From assembly GCA_048772705.1 (NCBI GenBank), contig JBLWGC010000159.1, positions 238,886 through 302,885 of the forward strand: DNA of 64,000 bases. The letters run 5' to 3'. A program made the translations under genes and the position numbers. Every line of letters starts with the position of its first letter. The first letter of the stretch is position 1. The notes below the pieces were generated by a model that worked only from the letters and a program-made list of their open reading frames with translations, did not search any database and had not been told where the DNA came from. This stretch comes from Leidyana gryllorum EB-2025a. Taxonomy: Eukaryota > Protista > Apicomplexa. Below, in pieces: positions 1 to 10,675 of the stretch.

Positions 1-639
1 ATCCACCTTGTACTTTGACAATCTATTACATGCCACATTCGGGAACCTCATCGGCAGCGGGACTCTTTCCTCTTCCTCGGCTTCAGTGTCGTCACTCGGC
101 CCAAACAGAGGCTCGTCATCGTCTTCGAGTTCGGCATCGACCCCCCCCTCGGCGCCAGCCTCCTCATTCGTCACCATTCCCGATGGTGGAAGGCTTATAG
201 TCAGAGCCCCTGAGGATGGGGGGCTCGCTGTGGGAGCCACCAGAGGAGCTGCATCGTCAGGGCTGCTGCTGCTGGTCTCCTCGACAGCCGGCGCGGAGAT
301 AGTGATAGGCACCGCTGGCGGAACAAGGGTAGTCGTCGCTGTCTCCTCCATAGCCAAGGGCACATCGTCATCGTCGCTGCTCCCCACAGTGACGACACCC
401 GTTTGCGTACTGCCATCTGGATTCTGCACTCTGCGCCTCTTGCTGGGTGGCGATGGTTTCAACACCGGAGATAATTGTGGGGGAGTCGATTGATACATTA
501 TAGAGTTGAATGCGTCTTCATCGTCTTCTGCTGCTCCTGCGTCGCCCATACTGTCTTCTGGGGCGAACAAGTCATCATCCAAGTCGCCTCCTGTGTCCTC
601 GAACAGAGGACTTGAGCTCAGGCCCCCTCGAGAGTTCAT
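1..639 (-). CDS. 5' part of an acidic/low-complexity hypothetical protein running off the window start
   Basis: Open minus frame from ATG at 639 (MNSRGGLSSSPLFEDTGGDLDDDLFAPEDSMGD...EAEEEERVPLPMRFPNVACNRLSKYKVD) with no stop to base 1. It is absent from the ORF track; the Ser-rich + strand ORFs here are its antisense shadow. Confidence 0.7.
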   Translation of the reverse strand, partial: MNSRGGLSSSPLFEDTGGDLDDDLFAPEDSMGDAGAAEDDEDAFNSIMYQSTPPQLSPVLKPSPPSKRRRVQNPDGSTQTGVVTVGSSDDDDVPLAMEETATTTLVPPAVPITISAPAVEETSSSSPDDAAPLVAPTASPPSSGALTISLPPSGMVTNEEAGAEGGVDAELEDDDEPLFGPSDDTEAEEEERVPLPMRFPNVACNRLSKYKVD

Positions 640-655
640 CCCAAAAAAAACGCCT

Positions 656-1888
656 ATGAGCCCCACATCCACCTCTCTCGTAGTGCTCAATGCCCTCACA
701 CCCGTGGCCATCATGATGATCTTCATGTCAGACGGTAATGCGTATTCCGGATTCAGAGGTGGGCTAAACTATCAATGAGATCAACCAGTGATCGTGTCAG
801 CTATGTATACGATGCACTTTCTCGCTATGGTATTCATCCCGCTATGGCTCATAACGGCTGTAACGAATGATAGACACTATTACGAGTACTGGGCATTACA
901 CTACATTCCCAAACAGTGAGTGCGTGAGCGCTGTACTCAAATCATTGAGCACGGTGTCCAGGTGGAAAACCCACTGGCCCCGTGGGCTTGTCGCTGCATA
1001 CATAGGGTTCACGTTGGGGGTCTTCTGGCACGAGTTTATCCTCCTGCGGTATGCCAGTGATGCTCGCAGTCCCGTTATCGCTTCCCGGCGCATAGCTCGT
1101 AATCTCGATCTGAGCAGTCCCTACGTCATTTTCTCGTGCCTTTGGTTCATGTTGGTGAACCCAATTTTGGAAGAGTTCTTCTGGCGCGTCTATCTGATGA
1201 AAGTGAGCTATTCTCAACCCGTGTAGATCGCGTTCACACACACTTCACCAGGAACTTGGGTCTCGTTATTTTGGTAAACCCGCCAACTTTAGTGTCAGCC
1301 CGGGTCAATGGGAAGCTGTTCTGAACCAGTCACCGAGACAATCTGTGGATGGGGGGTACTCGGTTGAGGTCGCTGGGGCTCGACGGCGATCTCCAGACGG
1401 TTCGCCAAATGAAAATAACGCGGCACCGCCGCTCCCGACACCGCGTCAGCCACTCTTGTCGACGCGCGCAGTCGAAATCGTGGGGAAAGCGTCAGGAGGT
1501 CTTGCGGCCGAGGAAGGTGAGGCGGCACTGCACTGACCTCTCAATTCAGTGCTCATAACGCGTTTCACAGACATCCAAGTGAACTGGATGGGTCAGTTGT
1601 TGGTGATGGCTCTTTATGTGTCATATCACGTGGTGGTGATCTGGCGCTTCACGCAGGAACTTCCCGTCACAGCCGCTGTGGCATTGTATCTGGCGGTGTA
1701 CGGGCTGCTTTTTGGCTGGATACGACTGGATAGACGGTGAGTCGAGTACGACTGTGTTGGGGACCTTTCTCTCTCTTTTACTGTTGTTTAGCTTCGGGTG
1801 GATTTGCGCTGCGGCACTTCACATAGGGGTGGACATTAGTGTGATTTTTAATATTCATTCGGACCTCATCCGCACCACAAACAAATAA
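656..1888 (+). CDS. CPBP/Abi (Rce1-like CAAX) intramembrane protease, multi-exon
   Basis: Spliced exons give PILEEFFWR (EExxxR), YVSYH and ALHIGVD (HxxxD/N) motifs with several TM segments. The last exon (1792-1888) ends RTTNK*. Confidence 0.8.
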
Positions 1889-4286
1889 ATGTGGAGAGGG
1901 GTATTCCTTCTCGGGAGTATCGCTGGAGCGGTGGCCAAGCCGGTTGTGTTACCGTTCCGAGTTCGAGCCACTCCTGCGAGGGACGCAGCCAATGTCGTGA
2001 AGAAGGCCATGTCCAATTGGCCGCAAGAGCGGTTGACGCATCCTGATTTGATTTTGGCAGCACACGCGTTCGGGTCTGTAACGACCGAAGAGGACCCATG
2101 CGCTCCATCTCTACGGAGATGCAAATCGTACAAGAATGAGCCCATATATTCAGCTTTGGTCGAAGCTCAATTTGCCAGAGTGGTCTCCTGCCCAGAAGCC
2201 GAGCAATGTGTGAGTCATCCATCTATCTACCGTATCCAACCCGCGATGCTTTTCGCAGTGGGCCACCAGACCAATATACTCCAAACTGTCGGGTGCGCTC
2301 AGCGCTCGCGAAGTCACGAGTGGTATTCGTCTGCTGCACATGTCGGGCCAATCCGACAAAATCACAGACAAGGCTTGGGTCAAATACTTCTCAGACTGGT
2401 TGGATTCTATGCAAACCATCCGGGTGAGGGAGGCTTCACCATCTTCCCGCAACCAAACTCACTCTTCTTCCCTTTCTCAGGATATCCGCCAACTCACTGA
2501 AGCTGTGCAACTTGCGCACAGCGCCTTTTTGGTCTCCAAGCGGAACGAAGATCAATTGCGTTTCGCTATGAAATTAGAACGTCTGATAACCCACCCGATT
2601 GGTACAGTGAGTGTCTGCGAGGCCGAGAAAATTGACGACTTTGCCCTTCACCACCACAGCTGAACCTCATTGAGGGTAAAGAACTTGGTGCCAAAGCTGA
2701 GTTCCTCTTGGCGGCGATAGCGGCATTGAATGATATGTAAGTGGGGACCGCACCGCACCGTCTGTGATTGAAACGCAATATCGGTCGCAGTGAGCCGTCT
2801 TTCGATCAGCTTTATGGGCTGCGGTTGGGTATCAGTTCGTTAGTAACCGATTCATTGATCAATCTCAAGCCCAAGGCCACCTCGGTCACCACGCTGAGCA
2901 AACTGGGAGCCGTACTCTTCGTAAGCTAAAGTGTTCACCGTTTGGTTCACCGCTCCTTTACAGACCGCCGAACTGAACGGTCTCTACAGCATTGTGGCCA
3001 CAAAGGATGTTTCTCAAGTGGACGTGAGTGGCTTCAGTTTTTCAGTCGTGTTGTGATATCGTTGTCATTCCCACAGTTTGTTCTGAGCACTCCTGGTCGC
3101 CGTTCGGTCTCTGACGTGAACGTCACTCTCAGCCCGAGTTTCGCTGATACCTGGGTGAGGACTGACTCTAATAAGCGGGAGGCCTCATTGTTGCGATAAT
3201 CTATCTCAATGCAGACGTGGAACTTTGAGAGACCCTCGGCGTGGGCCGCTTCAACTACGCAGGAAGGTGTGTGGAATACCCCCACTTTGACGGTGGAGAC
3301 GCCGCATGGATCCCTTACATTCGATGTGAGTCTCAAGTATAGTGAGGCTCAATATATCTGTTTGTTCAGCCTAACAATCTGCGGGCACCTCTGATAGGGT
3401 CCTGCAGTGGACTCATGTATCACGACAATGATGGACAGTGGAAGGAGCTGAATCCTCGCGCTAGAACAGCGGACGTGACCACCAGACTCAAGGGGGACGA
3501 TATGTTGGTGTGGCAGCAGCCGTGCGTCGTGAGTTAATTTATTCGCATTCTCTGTCTCTGGTGACTGAGTGCTTGTTGGTCAGACCGGTGAGGTTGATGT
3601 AGAAATAAGAGTTTGCGACATCGAGAATGATGACTGTGAAACCCGAGCAGCTCTGACAGCTCCTTTGGGCTTTCCGTTCTTGGCTCTGAGCAGAGAGAAC
3701 GTAAGTGGCAATGGCGAGGAGGAGGAGTGATTGTTTGTCTCGCAGCTGAAAGGATTCGGATCAAAGATATTATACGTCCAATCTGGTGATCAGAGTCGTA
3801 GTGCTGAGTTCATGGTGATGGATCCGTTGATGACTGGTGCGAGGCCGAGTCGCATAATTGATGGCGCCGATGGCATCAGGAGGACGAGCAATGAGCTCGA
3901 GTATACCTTTCACTCTGAGCACCCTCCTACGTTCTGGCTGGGGGCTTTGGCCTTCACGGGGTTAGGGTTGGGGACTCCTCTGGCAGCGTGGGAGATCAGT
4001 CGACGACTTAGAGTGCCGGTGCTCCCTTACGTCCAAAAGCAACAAGTATTCTCTACGAGGCGACGATTGGTGATCTTCGCCGCTCTGTGCTTTTATGGCG
4101 TGGTGATGGTCCGCAGTTTGCTCCAATACTGGGTTTCGGGGAAGCTGATCCCGTATGGGACCTTCCTGGTACCGGCAGGTAAGAGGGAGGGGGCCGCGCT
4201 TTCAATTTGGATTTGTAGGGGTCGTATTCCTGATCCTATCTGTATTCGTCGGAACTGAGATTGATCGAGGGTTGAAAAGCGTTTAG
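1889..4286 (+). CDS. Ribophorin II / Swp1-like oligosaccharyltransferase subunit, multi-exon
   Basis: N-terminal signal peptide (MWRGVFLLGSIAGAVAKP). The C-terminal three-TM block (NELEYTFHSEHPP..ALAFTGLGLGTPL..LLQYWVSGKLIPYGTFL..GVVFLILSVFVG) resembles the RPN2 C-terminus (EIxHxFRxPEKRPP..FT..PL..YW). Confidence 0.55.
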
Positions 4287-4321
4287 GACTTTTTTGGATG
4301 GTATGAGGTCTTAGAGATTGC

Positions 4322-5698
4322 ATGGAAATTGCTTCAAAACACACTTCGCGGCGTAACTTCCTAGGTACTATCCGAGAGGGGGTTCCTGGCCACCAAGATG
4401 ACGACCTTTCGATCCCACGAGGACTGCTCTTCGAAGACATAGGCTCCACACCGCTACCAGCAGCCAGGCACTCCTATGCAGACTTTCGAAGCGTCGACCG
4501 TCCACCAAAGGACACAATGTCCAATGAAGCGCCCGCTGCTTATAGCGTGGAGCGTCGGGGAATCCAACATAGACAGAGCAGCGGTCTGAAAAGATTGATT
4601 GAAGAACGATTGGCGGCCCGACGAGCGAAACGGACTCAAACGGCCGCGGTGGCGAGTGACGGGCGGGTACCGGTTTCGGACGAACTGATGAAGTCGGGGC
4701 CGTTTCGCGCTTTGGGCCGTCGGGCGCGTAACTGGCGGAAAGCTAATCTCCAGTCCCACGCTAAGCAATTCTGTTCAATGCAAGGTCAGCAACGCGCGGC
4801 GGCTGCCATTCCTATGGGCGCTGATGGAGATCCAATTGAGATCACCATCGCTCTAATCCAGAGCGACGTGGTCAGCACCTCGGGGAGTGGAATTGCGAGC
4901 AGTCTGTCAAGCGCGAGTATGAGCAGCGCCATCATCGGAAGTGAGCCTCCTGAACCGGAGGGCGATGGTGGCGAGGAAGAGGATGCGCTTCCGGGCTGTA
5001 TGTGCTGGCGCCGTAAACAGGAGGGACGCGGCGCCAGTACTGGTGTGGATCCCTCCGCCAGCAAGAGTGGTGCTGCTGACTCATTCATCAGCACCACAGG
5101 GACCACCAAATCCCATCACGGGCGTCGTCACGCTCACCATCAGTATGTTTTATGCGTCAAGGCGACCGAGGGAAACGGCATCATCGGAGCCTTGGGTGGT
5201 GAAGGTAAACGGGGCAAACCAACTGATGTATATGCAGCCAAAGCGTGGCTCAAAATGCAAGTGGGAGTGTTGGTGAATGAGAAGACCCGTGGACGCTCCG
5301 CTGTTGTATTTGTGCACAGAAATGGAGCTGTTTGTGCTCTTGATATTGACTTGCGAGCTGCGATGGTTGAATTGCGGTCTAAGATCACTGCTGGAGTACC
5401 GCCGACCGCCCCCTGCCGCGTTCCAAGAGCCGCCATTCGAGTTCGATGCCTCTTTGACTCTAGACGTCAACCTGTACTCTTCGATCATAAGCGAAATGCC
5501 ATCGCCACCGCTTCCCTCCAACGGCGACGATCAGGTCTGAGAAGTCGGAACACCCAAAAGAAGCCACCCCCCCTGGACAATCTCAATCACGTTCAGGAAC
5601 GCTTTCTTTCCCTTGCCTCAATGCCCCCCAATTGGTCTGGCGAGTCATTTTTGTTCTTGTACGGTCACGACAAGCACCTCAAACTCAGGGACGCATAG
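4322..5698 (+). CDS. hypothetical protein (458 aa)
   Basis: Long ATG-initiated ORF filling the gap between neighbours; no domain recognised. Confidence 0.65.
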   Translation: MEIASKHTSRRNFLGTIREGVPGHQDDDLSIPRGLLFEDIGSTPLPAARHSYADFRSVDRPPKDTMSNEAPAAYSVERRGIQHRQSSGLKRLIEERLAARRAKRTQTAAVASDGRVPVSDELMKSGPFRALGRRARNWRKANLQSHAKQFCSMQGQQRAAAAIPMGADGDPIEITIALIQSDVVSTSGSGIASSLSSASMSSAIIGSEPPEPEGDGGEEEDALPGCMCWRRKQEGRGASTGVDPSASKSGAADSFISTTGTTKSHHGRRHAHHQYVLCVKATEGNGIIGALGGEGKRGKPTDVYAAKAWLKMQVGVLVNEKTRGRSAVVFVHRNGAVCALDIDLRAAMVELRSKITAGVPPTAPCRVPRAAIRVRCLFDSRRQPVLFDHKRNAIATASLQRRRSGLRSRNTQKKPPPLDNLNHVQERFLSLASMPPNWSGESFLFLYGHDKHLKLRDA

Positions 5699-5793
5699 CC
5701 ATTTTCACATCTCCAAACTGTGCTCACCGTGCCGTATATATATACATTCCTCTCCTTCCAGTGTACATATGTCCTTTTAACCTTCACTTTATT

Positions 5794-7048
5794 ATGACCA
5801 CCACCACCTCAACAACAGCCACAATTCAAGACTACGTCTTCACCCTCTTCAGAAACCGCAATTCCAAGCAGGCCTTTGGATTAGTGTCCTGCAGTCAGCA
5901 TGTCCTCTTTTGGGCCCTATCAGCCGCATCCACTCTAATTGGCCCCCGTCTCCCAGATTTTGACCAAGTCGCTCGCTCGTATGACGACCCGACCAACGAC
6001 ACTTTTCTTCCCTGGATACCCGTGCCCCTTCCCCCACACTCATCTTGTCCCAGTCTAAAAGAGGCACTGGTGGAATGGATTTTGTCAACTCGGACCAGTG
6101 ATGGCGGTTTTGGTCCCTTACCGGGACACCCGCCTCAGCTTACCTCCACAGTTGTAAGTGCCCGCCGCGGGTTGGAATTTCCCGAATGACATGTCACTTC
6201 GTCTGACAGTACGCGTTGCGGTCGCTCCAGATGCTGGGAGCCCTCGCTGATGCTTTGGATGCCGTCTCGCTGAACGAGACGGCTGCGTGGATTGCTTCTT
6301 GTCAGAATGCGGATGGGAGTTTTGCGGGCGAAGGGCCCGGAGACATAGATGGGCGCTATTCGTATTGTGCAGTGCTAGCCTTGGAGATCATTGGAAGACT
6401 GGGGGCCGTGCACCTCAATGATGCCGTCAAGTGGATAATGCAGTGTTACAATCCTGACGGGGGGTTCGGCTGTTGGCCAGGGGCCGAGAGTCATGCGGCC
6501 TACACTTACTGCGCCATCGCTGGTAAGTTGTGAGGATCTGGCCGCAGGCACAGTATTCATTGACACCAATTCCAGCGCTGTCCATCTTGGGCTGTACGCA
6601 CTTTTTAGATCGTCACACCACCTGTGAATGGCTCGCGAGCCGTCAGAGGATCTCTGGCGGTATGAATGGTCGCCCCGGAAAGACAGAAGACGTTTGCTAT
6701 GCGTGGTGGGTATTGGCCAGCCTTAATCTGGTGGGTGAGTGTTGTATCTTTCTGTGTCGGACTGGAATATATTGAGAGAGATAGCCCCATCAGGAGGAAG
6801 TGATTTCGTCGATAAGGAGTCACTGATTCGTTTTATCAATAGCTGCACTGACAACGCCACAGGTACGATTGATTGATTGGATTTCTACAACCGAGAGAAA
6901 TCCTACTAACTACACAGGAGGCCTTAGTGATCGACCGGGCAATAATGCCGATATCTTCCATACGTTCTTCGGCTTTCTCGCTCTTCGACTCGCTCGTGAA
7001 GGTGGGACGGCCATAGATTGCGCTCGCTGTACACCACGCGAGTCCTAA
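5794..7048 (+). CDS. RABGGTB: Rab geranylgeranyltransferase (type II) beta subunit, multi-exon
   Basis: Prenyltransferase repeats [80 protein letters not shown] and [19 protein letters not shown]; stop TAA 7046-7048. Confidence 0.9.
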
Positions 7049-8503
7049 TCTGACTCATCTTGAACGCCCTGGGACTTTTGTTCCTCGCGCATTTGAGCCC
7101 GAGTTGCATAGGGGTCCTCATCGTCTTCTTCCACGGAAGAGGCCGGAGTACCGTACGCTTCTCCTGGAGGCGGCCTCCGTCCCGTCTGGGAGAAGGTCTC
7201 AATTTGGGCAAACCGAAGAGAAAGAAGACTTACTCTGCTGCGGGTCATCTCAAAGTTGATCAGTTGCGGTTGTTCCACGAGTGACGAGGCCATACGTTTG
7301 ACAACCTGCGGATGGGCCACTCCAATCAATACAGAGAGAGGGCTTCCGGACTGGACTGGACTCACTCGAAGGACCTTTGCACCGGTTTTGGCCGAAACAC
7401 AGTGGAATTGGATACTTTGTCGGGTTCTGGTAATAAGATTGGATGGAGAAGAAAGTCTGTTATATGCCGGTCTCCCCCTCCCACTCCCACTTACGCATAT
7501 CTTTCCGCCTCGAAGCGAATGCGGTTGACGGCGTTGACATCTTCTGGACGGCCCACGAGATCGTCTTTGTTCCCAACAAGGTACACTAAGGGACTTAGCA
7601 GCTCCTGAACAGCGTCGAGAGGGGGAACTTGGTGTGTGACTGACTCACTGGTCGCCTTTCGGATTGCTTCTTGATGAGCTCAAACACCTCAATAGCCTCT
7701 TTGAGACTCGGCTCGTTCAGTAGATCGAACATCACAAACATACCCATCCGTCCCTGTGTCATACCTCTGTTCTCCCACCTCTCTCTTTCGTTAAATCCAC
7801 GGGGATAGTTGAACATTGAGAACGGTTGCAATCTCTCCAACTTTTCCGGCAGTTCAACTGTGAGCAAAGTTGAGCCTGAGGGAGGGAGGGCGGGCGGGTG
7901 AGCGTCTCACGTGGATCACTTCGAGTCATATCGATGACGCGAGCTGAGGGATGCCGGAGTTGAAGCTCTTCAAGATGGACAGCGTGGGGTGTCTCCCCGT
8001 GAGCTGTGGGCTCCAGCATCACCAACGCCCGTTCAGCTTCCACCTCAAGCTCTTCACGGATACGTCGAAAATCAGCTGGAGGGGTGTCCTCGAGCTCGAC
8101 AGTGACTCGCTCTGAGGAGAGAGGCAATGAAGTTACCGAGTTTGCCATCGTGCACTAACTTCCTCTGAATTCGAGTCCAACAGGCGCAGCATCGAGATCG
8201 ATCACGCGGTGATAGAAACTGTCTCATGAGTGACTGGTGAGGTATTGAGCGGCTCGCGTCTCACTCGCATTGAGTCGTAGAGGGCATATCCCAATCGATC
8301 TCAGAGTAGGCGAACGAGTTGTTAATGAAGGCATCGATGAAACGTGTTTTGCCGACTCCACTTGCCCCGAGTATGGTGATCCGGATGGTAGGTACCGGGA
8401 GCTCAATGCCGAACTGGCCTCCTCTTGCAAAGGCGGGTTTAGTGTTGTTGTCCCCAGCCTGATTTTGTTCTTGAGTTTGCCCAACTGGGTCAATGTTTGA
8501 CAT
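7045..8503 (-). CDS. divergent Ras-superfamily small GTPase with insertions, multi-exon
   Basis: G1 ITILGASGVGKT, G3-like VELEDTP, beta4 FVMFDLLNEPSL, G4 LVGNKDD; no C-terminal CAAX evident. Confidence 0.7.
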
Positions 8504-8507
8504 ATTA

Positions 8508-10540
8508 TTATCCAATTAACTCAATACCCTTTCTAGAGAGGTACTGCTGTAATGCTGGCAATGTATAGACTAAGCTGCAGACTCTTGTAATTGCTGGGTA
8601 TCTTTCTCGGTGCCCCACCGGCACAAAGTGGTTCTGGATAACAAACTGCCACTCGGCAGCAACGTAGACATCGATCCACGAGAGACCGTTGTCCACTATG
8701 TATCCAGCTGGGTGTTGATATTGACTGATCAGAAGCTCGAGTGTGTCGAGGAGCGGAGGGAGGCGCACTTCACTCAGCTCAGTGGCAGCTGACTGACGCA
8801 ATTCCTCACTCGCTGCAGCCCAAACTCGACTTTGTTCTTGGAGTACTTTGAGGAATACACTGTGGACCTCATCGGCTCGCACCCGTCCCCTAAAGGTCGG
8901 AGGAATCAGCCCCACACGCTCAGCAACGTATGCAATGATACCTCTGACTTCCGGGAGGATCATGTTGTCAACTTCAAGCAGAGGGCAATGACCGGTGGGA
9001 GACTTGGCGCGATAAGTGGATTCCCACTCATCGTAAGTAAAACGTCTGTCTTCAAAGTCTACATTGCCAATGTGAAACATGAGCCGAATGGGCTCAGCTC
9101 TCGCAGGGAGATCAAAATAGTACAACACAGGTCGGCTCCCGTAATACTTATATTCATATTCTCGGACAGCTGGTATTGCTGTCACCATCTGGTAGCACTG
9201 AAAGCAAACACGTGTGTGTGAGGAGCACAAACACAATTATTGAGGCCTACCATCTTCATATGAGGGAGTTCTTGAGTCACAGGCTCTTTAAGCATTGATC
9301 CCCAGAGTTCAACCGCCAGTTTATAACCCATTGCCACAGAGAGGTCAGCGAACGACAGACGTCCTCCAACAATGTGGCCTTCGACATCTTGGTACTTGGC
9401 GCACAATGAGTCAACGGTGGTGAGCATTCCAGGAAGCTTCGGTAGGACATTAGATATTGCAACTAGTTTCTGCGGACCGGCCACGAACATTTGAGCTGCG
9501 AGGCAGTCAAAAACGTCATCAAGAGTTTTGACAACTGCCCAGGCTCGGGCGCGATCTAATGGATCTTCGGGACTGATCCCTCCGAGTTCAGCGGCATATT
9601 GGAGAATGCCACAGCACTCTGTATAGGATTTGCCATCGACGATGAGGATGGGAGCTCGTGCATTGGGGTCTTCCTGTTTCATCACCCTCCATTCTTCGGG
9701 TGTGATGTAGTGGTTTTCAAATGCCACACCTGCGACAGCAAAGGCCCATCGTGCGGCGTGTACTTTCCCAGGGGCTCGGAAGTGTAGTAGTTTGATGTTC
9801 TTGGGGGGCCGAGTCCTCGCCATGAAGGACGCCACCGCGGGATGCTCGTAGACTGTCTTGTGGACCTTACTCAGAGCCGGATAGGCGTCCAGAGTGGGTA
9901 TGATGCCCTCAGGAGCGAGGTCGTGGACATAGACTGCAACGGCAACATCTACATAACTTATTCGTCCTTCGAGAATGTACCCTTCGGGGGACTGGTTGTC
10001 TCGTATCAAATTCTCAAGAGCACGGAGCACTCGAGGAGCAAGTTTTTGATTCGCTTGTCTTATCTTCGCAGTACGTGTCTCTCTGTCAGTGATGGAATAG
10101 AGTGCGAGGTACTGAACACGGGCGTCACCAATTTTGCCAGTGATAGTACTGCCTTTGAGTCTCGAATCGGGACTCTGAGGCATCAGACCAGACACGTCCG
10201 CTGCGTATTGTAGGATGGCATTAGACTGCACCAAAAGGTCACCGTCAACCTCGAGCATCGGACATTGCCCGGTGGGTGACATATTCTTATACTTTGCCTC
10301 CCATTCACAGTAGCTAATTCGCCGATCGACAAAGTCCACTCCACCTATGACAAAGGTGAGGCGAATTTGATCGGCCAAGCCCGCTGTATTGAAGTATGTG
10401 AGTACAGGCTTCATGCTTCGCCGAGTCGTACTGCACAATGGCCTTGACAGTCCAGCGGGACATGAGCTTATTGGATATGTCCCAAGACTGGGACATTCCG
10501 TTTGAATTTCGGGTTCGGACTCGGTACGAATCGAACTCAT
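8508..10540 (-). CDS. triple-domain sigma-like glutathione S-transferase (two exons; intron 9198-9250)
   Basis: Three tandem GST units beginning KPVLTYFNTAGLADQIR, KLLHFRAPGKVHAAR and RPVLYYFDLPARAEPIR, each with a C-domain SYVD/SFAD/SWID motif. A 53-nt GT-AG intron joins ORFs 9182..10588 and 8508..9236 in frame. The start is either 10540 or 10414. Confidence 0.9.
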
Positions 10541-10675
10541 ATGTACATATAGGTCAAGGTTTTTTTGGCCTCCGACTGACGGTGACAAGTGAAACTAACG
10601 AACAAACTGTGATAGAATCAGTGCATCAAGTGTAGTTCACAGAAAGATTTGATAACAATGTACTACGAAAAACAA

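Noticed and set aside
8-778. Ser-rich + strand ORFs 8..493 and 506..778
   Set aside because: Antisense shadows of the acidic minus-strand CDS, except the portion from 656 that is exon 1 of the CPBP protease.
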